In this document: one piece after another, positions 36,758-47,243 of the stretch
Layout of the letters: every line of letters begins with the position of its first letter
Numbering within the stretch: the first letter of the stretch is position 1
Source of the DNA: Phallusia mammillata
Taxonomy: Eukaryota
NCBI GenBank assembly: GCA_965637545.1
Contig: OZ281495.1
Location: forward strand, 24,242,001 to 24,306,000
Direction of reading: 5' to 3'
DNA: 64,000 nucleotides
Position numbers and translations under genes: made by a program
Notes under the pieces: generated by a model
What the model was told of the DNA's origin: nothing
What the model saw: the letters and a program-made list of their open reading frames with translations, nothing else
The model's database searches: none

Positions 36758-39700
36758 CTTTAAACAGTTCGGTTAGATATGTGTTGCATGAGATTTGTTG
36801 ATGGTAGTAAAATTTGTTTTGTTAAAGCAAACAAGGGTGATATTTAAATGCCTACATTAGAAGCACCAGAAAGTAGCAAATAAAAAATAGGTTATAAACA
36901 CTGGAAAACTTGCATTAGAAAACACACACAAAATATTTCAACATTTTAACACTTGTGAGTGTAGGTGTTATCAGTATTTAGTTCAATCCTATCAAAATCA
37001 AATAAATACGTGTGTCTATTGGGTTCTTACATAGTCTATAATATTTGCTTAGATTTGAAGCAGTGCATGTTCAAATTATTTCGCAACGTTACAAGTTACA
37101 AAAACATGACCTAATCTCCAAGATTCTTAAAGGCAATTCCAAAAATACTTTCGTTGATATTTACACTGCAACAAAAGGAGAAATTCCTTACCTATATATG
37201 TCCATACAACTGCTCGACCTCACTCAAACCATTATCATTGATCATGATTAAGTGAGCTTGTCAAGACCTAATCACCGGGACCTTGATCTGATGATCCTCG
37301 AATACGGATATGTGGTGGTGTTGATTACATTACAAACTATGTTAGACACGAATAAGGTAATACCGGCGCAGAGAAACACCTCAACAGGTGCAAGGGGGGT
37401 GCGTAACATCACGTTTCGGAACGGCAGGCATTTTTCCCGATAACAAAAGTTGTTTCGAAATTTGAAAACTAACCGTAACATTAAAAAAACAGTGCAACAA
37501 GCTTACCAGATTCCGCGGTGTACACAATATCAAACATCATTTACCTTTTACCTCACTAAAAAAATGTACACTGGTCGTGGGAGGGCGCTAGCCGCTAAGA
37601 TTTTTATGCAAACGCCGCAGAGATAAAGACAAAAGCATTGGTAGCTGACGGTCGATTGCATGTAAAACTTTTAAGGCACAAAAAATAAAGTTATATATTT
37701 GAAAGATGATCATTCTAATGCCTCGAACACATTTTCATTCTAATGTCTCAAACACATTTTTTGTTAGAACCGAAGAGACCAAATATATATTATACATCCA
37801 ATTTGTCTGCAAGCAAATCGGTTTCCGTGCGTTGCGAAACCGTTCTGAATAGTTGGCCTGTCAATAGCGGTACATTAGGTGAGGCTAAATAAAGTGAACT
37901 CCCAGCAACATTCACTAGAGCTTACCGCATTATTTATTGTGCGGGATTCCTAAAAAAGGTCGTTACGGCCCTCAAATTAACTTTCTGGTTTCATGCATTT
38001 CGTTGCTGGTTAGATATCGGGAGAAAATTTCCCTGTTTGCTATTAGTGGAATTTTTGTACGTACAAGATCACTTTGGGCTTGCTGGATGCCGTTTGACTA
38101 TACGGAAATTGCATATTTTCTATAGGCCTAGTGCTTTTAATGAAAAAAAAACAAAAAAACAAACAATGTCAGCAGAATTGTTTTTTGATTAACAGCAAAA
38201 TAAAATTTGAAACAAAACTAAAAAAATTGCGCTACCTTAAAGAGAAATAATTGACTTAATTAGCGTCCGTATAAACCCACGACCACCCACTAATATCTCT
38301 TGCTGCCATAAAGAGAAAATTTGTAATCAAAAATTAAGAAACCAACCGCAAAACACGTTAAGGAATCACCCATCGACCGCGGTATGACGCAGAACGCCAC
38401 CTCTGCCTAATATCACACCGCTTTGCCACAAGATGACTTGTGAAACATGAATAATTCATTTTCTGGCACGTAACTCCGATGTGCTAACAGTAGCAACGAA
38501 CAGGCCGTGGCCAAAAATAACCGCGTTCTTTGACGGTTACACAGATAGCGATTGACATACTTTTTTCTGCGCTACTGATAAACGTGTAGAGTTGCTTGTT
38601 CTTGGCAAATCCACAAAGGGTTTTATGTTTGATTTCGTAAGCCTGTTAGTTCTGATCGCCCGTTAAGATGCAAATCGCCTTCTACGCAAATATATCTGAC
38701 GCATACTTGAGGCAGCCTACTTGTGATGGAATATATGCTGCTTTACGACAAGCGTCAAAAATGTTTTCAATATTCCTGTGTCAGAAATTTGCACATTACA
38801 AATTCTCCCAACTTGTAGAGAAATCTCGATTCCGTGACACAGCAAATTTGCTTTATCAAATAGGAAAATCAATTAGTCTTAAACGTCGGCGAAAACATCA
38901 CGTTCACATGAGTATATTTAGTTTCGTCATCGGTGTCAATGTGGCGAAGCTGCTTCGGTCCGGAATAAACCAGATAATGTTGCTTGACCGCATGGTGCTC
39001 GATATAGCCTTCTGATTTCAATATCACACGGGCGATCAGTGAAAAGAAATCAAGATAGGACGACGCGATAGGATTCAATGGCAAATCCCACTTCCGTGTG
39101 GATTGTTAAATGTATATAGTCACATCCTTTTCTTGTTTTTTGGACAATTGCTCACCGGCATATTGCGATGATTTTTCTGCCCACGGAATGCAATTTGATC
39201 CGTTTAAGCTAAAAATAGAACACTTTACATTGTTGGTTAGTGGATAAGTTCAAAAATTAGTTCAATTGTTTGGTGCAAAATCGTTGTGGCGGTCTGATTG
39301 TCTGCGAATTGTAAATACCAAAACTTTGACTGGGCGGGCCCCAACGTTGTGGGCGCTAAATCGCAGTACTGTTGACATCGTCGTAAAACGCGGCATCGAT
39401 GCACGGAAAACAGTACTTGAGAGAAAATATATGAAGGTTTTGATGGCGTTGGATAAGGCACCAACTTGTCGACTCATGTCACAAGTGTTTACAGGTAAGA
39501 CGTTTCTCAAAATACCAATGGTTGGTTTCGGTGAAGCGGACGGCCTTTAGCACGGACAAGGGCTCGCCATCGATATAGGCGTTACCGGTACACGGAGTCC
39601 CCATTAGCGTCTACCACCTGACAAACAATTCGACACCTTTATATAGCAAATTTGAGACTAAGAGAAAACTTCCGATGTTTACCAATTCTGTTTTCTATGT

Positions 39701-42700
39701 TCGGTGGCCTTGAAATCGGAAAGTGATTCGCAACACGAAGTGAAGATGATCTGGTGCTGGCGGCAATTTAGCAAGTTCATATTGACCTTGAACTTGATCG
39801 AGAAGGTACATATTTGTGTGAAGCCATCGAGTATCAGTTTTTGGGCCAACGCAAGTTCGAAATGTTCAACCAATGCCGTGCATAAAACCACGTAATAAAG
39901 GGCTGCAGGAAGAAATTCCAATACGCTTTACGAAGATGCGAACTGTTTTTCCGATACGTGTCTGCTAATCCTACAGCTTGTCGTTTGGGTCAAAGGTTTG
40001 ATAACGCGAATTTTGAAATAAGGTGTACCGCTTGCTGCGGTCAGTCGCACGAAAAGGTTTATTGCAACATCACCTTATCTTCTACATCAGTCTTAAAATG
40101 TACCGGGCAACTTAATCGCGACCCCACATATCAGTGTTATTAGACAAACAACAAGTACATGATGGGCACTGAACCGGCCTAATTAGGTTTGAACGTTTGC
40201 TGAATTGCAACGTCGGCATTCCGCGTGCCGCGTTGTCTGCATAACACGGGGAAGTCCCCATTTTTTAGGATAAAAACATGACATCAATGAGTTTACTGGG
40301 TCAGACAAAACATTGGGCCTTTGTGCTGCCCGGGGTGTTTTTGCGAGCGCCCATGCAATGAAACGTGCATGGGTCGTAAACAAAATGTCGCATTCCCGGC
40401 ATGAACAATGGACTGGACTTGTTTTGGCAACAACAAAAGGCCGGTCCCCGCATTACCACATCGCCTGCTACCGCGATGAGCAACAGCTCTTCACAATGTC
40501 AACACGAGCGGTCATCACCCTAGTCATCGGCGCGAAAAGACCGATTATGCGTTGGCAAGCGGCGTGCAACCGCAGGTGCTCGACGTGTGCATTTTGCCGT
40601 CGCTGCCTGCTGGAGTTTACCTGAATCCGATGAAACACCGTCGAAAATAAACACTTTTCAAAGGCTCTTGTCCACATTTACATCATTCGATCATCGCCAG
40701 AACCCACCATCAGTCACGTATTCCTCTCCCCTTGAGATGCAATGGAGTCAGTGCGACGAATTGATTCCCTTCTCTATAGCGTTTCCCAAGTGTTCTGCTG
40801 TTTTCGTTGGCGGGGTGCGACCGGTTGTTTAAGTCTGAAAACAGACCTGGTGGGCGCCCTTTGTCAAATTGCAACGTCAGTCGTGAGGAATTGTGACAAG
40901 ATTTGACATTAAGATAGATCTTTTCGCCGAAACTTCGCCCCCGTTCAGAACACGAGCTGACAACGTTGCACGTGATAACGCTTCAGTTTGCCTCTATCTC
41001 AGCCATTCGACCTTGTTAGGAATTAGACACGCGTCAAACCGAACGCTTGGAACTTAATATTGCCGACAAAATTAGACCTTTCTTCTTACGTTTGTTTTTG
41101 TACATTTCAATGAGTGCAAAGTGCAAATTTCATCAGAACCTTAATCGGCACGACGTCTGAGAACGGAGAATCCATTTTCGAGGTGTAACAGTGTACGACA
41201 ATGCGGCGGGAACATAACGTCAAACCACCCTGTTATGACCTATTGCCTCCAGAGTATTAAAAACCACCGTTTCCAGAGATAAAAATAGACTTGGAAGCAC
41301 GTGAGTACACTGAACACTGTTGGAACATGGTCTTTTAATTACGACATCCTACGAAATTCGTCAGCCCTGTGGCTCGTGCGTCAGCTTAATGAAAACTCTT
41401 AATTCTGCTTGCGGCCAGAGAAGCCACCACACATAGGGCGGCTTTTGTATTTGGATGAAATCATATATAGATGATAGCTAAGCAGGGCATTGTTTATTGT
41501 GACATGCGGGCGTCTTGCTTGTTATTGCCTTCAATGTAGTAATTCCGGTCGGTCAATGCCAGTATACAGAAATCAACAATGCTCCATTACGAGGTATCAG
41601 GCTGTTTTCCTTTTTAGCGACAAGCATAAAAATCCAGTTTCGTAACTTTAAACATTTTTGATATCCAACTGATTTCGAATGAACCGTAAAGGATATGTTG
41701 ACGTTTAAAATCAATGATTCAGTGGTCACAAATTTAAGCGGGACTTGCAAAAACGTCATCCGTGCGTAGAGACCTATAAACGATAAATCATTAGCCGCTT
41801 GTGTTTGCGAGCTTGTGTATAATTTTAACATAGTTCTGGCGCTTGTGTTTGCGAGCTTGTGTATAATTTTAACAAATTCTTAACATACTATTTAACATAG
41901 TTTTAATCCGAGAACCCTCTTGGGTTCGACGTGACGTTCAACAGGATTGTTGGCATTTTCGGTGAAGTGCAAACGTGATTAAGTCGACTGCCTCGCAACA
42001 TGTTGAGGTCAAACGCGCGAGGGATGCTATCAAATTCAACGCCAGAGCAAGGAAAAACATTTGGCTCAATCGGGAGGCGCTGAGGCCAGTGTAAAAATAG
42101 ATACCTCAACGCGCGCAGGCCAAAGCCAGAAAGTCTGTGATTGTGTTTCCACACGCAACAAACTTTACACGTTTTGTAAATATGACAACAAGTTCACAGG
42201 CAGCGACGCACGTTCCTGACCTGCCTCTGCATCTGAGGCAGTTCGGAATATTTTCCGAGTTTGTCGTCCGCTTCTTCTTCGCCGCCGCGCGTGATTAATG
42301 ATTTAGCCGGGTGGCCGCTAACGAGCTAATAAAATCCTCTTTGTCCGAGCAAAGGGCAAAAGCTACATAAACAAGCTTCGATTGCCGTCCGCTGTAGCAA
42401 CGCGTATTTAAGACTCTCTTGCGCGCAGTTGACGGAAACAATGGCTAACGGCGGGCGGTGGATTGTGCGTGAAAGCGTTAAACAATCGAAACCGATGTAT
42501 TTATAGCCTCGTTGTGGCTTCGAAGCGCCACGTCGACAATTAAGCAACCGTCTGCGTTTAGCATTGTGACGTTAGCTAGAACGGATGAATACATCTATTA
42601 TGACTCGAGCAATGGATTCCCACACCACAGTTAGCACAGTCACCCATCGTGGAATCCGAACTTCGGACACAAACGAAGCGTTTTTGCTGAGCGGCTCTCC

Positions 42701-45357
42701 TCGGCATCTCAACATTGGTTCAAACTATCGGCTTAGAGGCGCGGTACGTTTTCTCGGCTTTGGGAGAAATGGCTTTCCTCGGTCGCCTGCTGGGAGCTTT
42801 AAGTAAATATTCGACCTGCACGAGCTCAAACTCTTGTATGTAATCCGCATAATTTACCAGCCATTGTAAACAGTCTGCCAGCAGCGAATTTTTGTTCGGG
42901 CATTGCGATGCGAAGACAAGATACAAAACAGGGAACAATGTACCATCCGCATGAGCAGTGTAATATTGCTCCATAGAAGGCATGCGGATCACATGACGGA
43001 ACGCACGAGTTTCTGTTGTTGTTTTTTAAAACTACGCTAAGGCGCCTTTCTCAGAGCTGCGGTAACTGTGTTGTCACCAATCTCCGGGAAATCCAACCCT
43101 CTCGGTGAAGTTTTTTCGATGACGTTGACTTCTAGGCGCTCGGACCCCTTCTAGTGGTCAGGACGCCAAAGTGATGTTGCACACACGATATGCACCGTTG
43201 CAATCCTGTGGTTTCTGTCCACGTTGCCGCGTGAATTCGGGATGAAGCATCATCGGCACGCGATCAACAAGAAAATCACGTTTGCGTTCTGCGCGTGATA
43301 CATTGATCCGACCACAATTGCTATAATGGCACATATGTGACTTATTTTCGGATTGGTGATGTCAGGTTCAGGTGCAAAGCGGTCCCTTCATAACAAAAAT
43401 AAAGAGGGCTTCGCGTGCATCTACATGTTGTTTCGGCACCGAGCGATTGGAAACCGCCATTTTGCCAGCGGTAAAACTTAATATCTCTTTAGAGTTTATT
43501 TTTAGAAACATAATATGTTGCCCGACCCGGTTTGACGTTGTCAGCTGCGAAGCAAACGATTTTTCAACATTTTTGCAATATTTTATGGCCACATATGACT
43601 AAAGTCCCACGATAATTGACATTTATTTCGTGATATCGACTGCTGACCTTCTTTGAATGTTTTTGCGTCCACAAAAATCCCGTTAGCGCACGCAATATCG
43701 ACATTACAAGGCGCGATTCGCAACAGTATCCAAATTTGGATGCGCGATCGGCGTTAGACATTCAAGGGTCGCATCCTTGCACGTGACAGATTTAGGGAAG
43801 AGACAACCATCAATGAACATAGCTCGTGTCGTGATGTATCGACCCGATATATCTTGATACAGGAATGATGATTCAAACACACGGCGTTCGACGTATCCCA
43901 GCAGTTTCAATGCGACCTGTCAAATGCCAGGGCCTGAACGCAGCTTTGTAGCCGCAAATTACAGTCGATTTGGTGCACGTGTTTACGTACGCACAACGTT
44001 TATCGGCACCGAAATCGGCGCGTTAAGGACAGATCGAAATGCTTTCGGTGCGAATCGAAAAATGATCAGGGTGACCTCCCGGCGGGTCACAATCAACGGC
44101 GGACGTTTCACATTAACTCTCTGGGATACATCTGTTGATCTCTTCATTAGCGTCAGGTAAGTGACTATGAACGGTATTTCATTTGGCGACAGGACTTTGT
44201 GGGTGAAAGAGAATCGGTCCAAAGTACCTTTTACAGGTTTATCTCTTGCCCAAATAGTTTTGACTGGCGATCCATCGGCATTGTTACGTAATTATCGATA
44301 ATTAAGCTCTTAGTTTTGAAATCGGTGTGAATCTCAAATGCCACCACCTCAGAATTCACTTAAATTTTCCCGCGATATGGCAAGGAAGGTCTGGTTGTCA
44401 ATCTTGTAATAATGTGGAACGAGAAACCCGACTTCGTGTTAAGCGTAAAGCACTTGTTTCGGCCGTTCATGCAGACCACAAAATCTGCTATCATTTTAAG
44501 GCGATCAAGTTTCCACACATTGAGAGAGCATGAAATCGTGTACCTTAGAATAGCAGGGCGCGCGGTCAATTCCGATCTATTTGTGGTTCCCAGCTCGTGT
44601 TACTGCCGGCCAATTTAACCACTGGACAACGCAACTCATGCGCGTTATTTTAACCGACCGTACAGAGTCATTGACGTCAGTGAAGTAGTAAAGTAACATG
44701 TACTCGACCCTTACATCAACAAGCTGACCGGCACGTCACTCAATACATCTCATTGTGACGAGCTCTTTCTTCCGCGTCACCGAGCAGCGGCAAAGGATCA
44801 GCACGGAAGATATCGTAAATATCCCCTTTAAGTAAATTTGTTTACAGCCCTTGTGAACACTGCATGGGTTGGTATCGACCCGTGGAGCAACTTGCATCCC
44901 ATCAACCCCACACGACTTTTATTTTCGTGAGCAGCGCGAGGACTTTGTTTGTTCGCAATTTTCTGTCGTCACTTATCTCTGGCGGACTTTTTCTCATGCG
45001 CCCGGGATGCCTTAAATACGAACCTGGCGTAGCCTGTCACTTTCATAAGCTACCCACTGAAGCAACAAGAAGAGCCCGCCTTCGACGAAGGCTGTGTACA
45101 CGAATTAGTTCTTGTCAAAACATTGTGCTGCAGAAAACGATTAACAGAGGGTCGCCTTTTTGTCTGTTTGTTTTGTTGATATTACGTAACGAAGCTTTAC
45201 GTAACGGATTTAAAGAAGGCTGATTAGAAAAGAAACTGAAAGCAGAAGAGACGAAGCCACGCAACTTAGTAAATCAGAATTCATTAAGAAGTCATCGAAT
45301 GACAAGCTTTTAAGAAGTTCTTATATTTGAGCACCTAAAAAGTTTCCGAGAATCAAA

Positions 45358-47243
45358 ATGAAACTTGTGAATTTGTTCACCGTCGTATTCACGTCAATCT
45401 TCGTCGGCTCGAGTAGCATTCCAATCTCACAGGTGAGGCTTGTTTTTGTAGCGTTTACGCCAGATGTGAGAAACGACAGTTGGCGAGACTTTCATTGCCA
45501 GGTCACCCCGACTATCTATGCAAAGCGCCAGATTTCTGCTGTGACGCTATTACGCACTTTATCGCGTGCGACCGAGGGCAGCGAGCCACGTAACAGCCTC
45601 ATTGCGTTACGGAAAGTGTTTTTTCAAAGGGCCCAAATCCGCAGTGATTGCAAAATCACATCACGGGAGGATTAAAGTCAAATAGCATCGTTTTGTGGCG
45701 AAGCTTGTTAGCACGCGAGGCAGGGAGGAATTTTGTTGCTCACAAAAGCCAAGATGTTATCGTACGCATTTGTGGGGGTGGAGGCAGGCGCGAGAATCAG
45801 TTTTTTAACCTTATGTTAATAGACACGGTACAAGCTGATCGTGTCGAACATCCCCCATATAGGTCACATATGCTTAGGGTAGAATTAATTTCTCCCGGAA
45901 CACGGATTTTATCTTGCCCGACGTGCAAGTTTTCGAAAATCACCTGTGCCGATCTGCGGTCGAGATAGGCGCACAAAGAGCGGTCGAGTTCGGGGCTTTG
46001 ACTAAGCGAGCTTAAGCGCTTGTGCCCGTTCAATTCACGGCGAAACCGACAATTAGCAATAGACCTTGGCACCAAAAATAGAACGACAACTAAAAGTGCC
46101 TCTGTCCGCAGAGTTTAGCATTACCTGGAGCCCCGCGGTCGGTAATTAGTTCGTGCGTGTCCGAGGTGTCACCGGGACGCGCTGGACGAGTGTTACAAAG
46201 TCTGTTAGCGATAATTGCTCGCATTCGGCACGGAGGAATGCGCTAATAAATGTCCGCAGCTCCTCGTTCCCGCATTGAAACAAACCATCTTGCTCGGTTG
46301 CGTGATGGCCGATATCGTGGTCGCCTTTGGTTTCAAATGAAAAACACCACCTTTCCGGTTTTAATGACAAGACGGACGCCGATCCTTCGAGTCTGTGTAA
46401 ACATCAGCGTTCATTACATGAGATTGCCAAATTTAGCAACAATCAGCAAGCATTGTTAAAATATAATATAATGTTGTTATGATTATTTTGCACATTTAAC
46501 TTAGTGCGATTTTTAAACCCAACATTTTTGTGCAGGTCACACCGACCCTTCTCCAAAAGTTAGTGAGTTCTTTGGGTGCAAGATCACACGGTATAAGATC
46601 AACGCCAGAGTCCGACTCATCAGATGACGCAACGTCACCTAGTGTTTTGATGTCGAAACTTATGTACTCGCTTTCAAATGGTGAGTACAATAATATGTTG
46701 CTTCTTGTATAAGGCCGTGTATTCCAAAGTTTTTTTGAATTGTCCATAACTTTGAATTGTTTGTTTTTCAGATTATGACCTAATTTTAAAGCAAGAATCC
46801 AACCAAAGGAGGCACCACGTGCGACGAGGGGCACCTTACCCTCGCAATCACGGCAGGAGGAAGCACGGAACCCCACGCAAACCGTAAGTTTACACAGATG
46901 TTTTTAATATAGTTTACCTTTGTAGACTATTAAGTTGCCTTGTGTGAGCACTGAAGACATGCGCATGCGATGCGATAAAAAGTGGCGCCATTTTAAGAGA
47001 AAAAACTTTTGTATTGTAGTTCGTGGCGTTAAGCTAAGACTACCGTTGTTTCAAATTTTATTTTTAATTTGATTGGTCTTTTCTTCCAGACTTTACAAAA
47101 CCCCGGTGTGCATCCGAGACCACAAAGGAAGATGCATTCAGCGCGGAATTTGTGGCTTTTCGACACCAATCGATGTGATTTCGCACAACCCGAGGTTCGG
47201 CTGCAAATCGATAACAAGAGCAGGGGAAGCGCGAAGATGGTAG
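45358..47243 (+). CDS. Secreted prepropeptide, 161 aa, 4 coding exons; natriuretic-peptide/osteocrin-like Cys ring (tentative family call)
   Basis: Exons 45358-45432, 46536-46680, 46772-46883, 47090-47243 have strong splice sites and join in frame (486 nt): MKLVNLFTVVFTSIFVGSSSIPISQVTPTLLQKLVSSLGARSHGIRSTPESDSSDDATSPSVLMSKLMYSLSNDYDLILKQESNQRRHHVRRGAPYPRNHGRRKHGTPRKPLYKTPVCIRDHKGRCIQRGICGFSTPIDVISHNPRFGCKSITRAGEARRW*. Shows a hydrophobic signal peptide, acidic pro-region, basic cleavage sites and 4 Cys. Confidence is for the gene model; the family call is lower. Confidence 0.8.

Noticed and set aside
41797-41874. 34-bp exact tandem duplication
   Set aside because: Only two copies with no spacer diversity; ordinary local slippage, not a CRISPR-like array.
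43924-44160. ORF with TINGGRFTLTLWDTS resembling the small-GTPase strand before the DxxG motif
   Set aside because: No P-loop, no NKxD, and DTS rather than DTAG; no consistent flanking exons.
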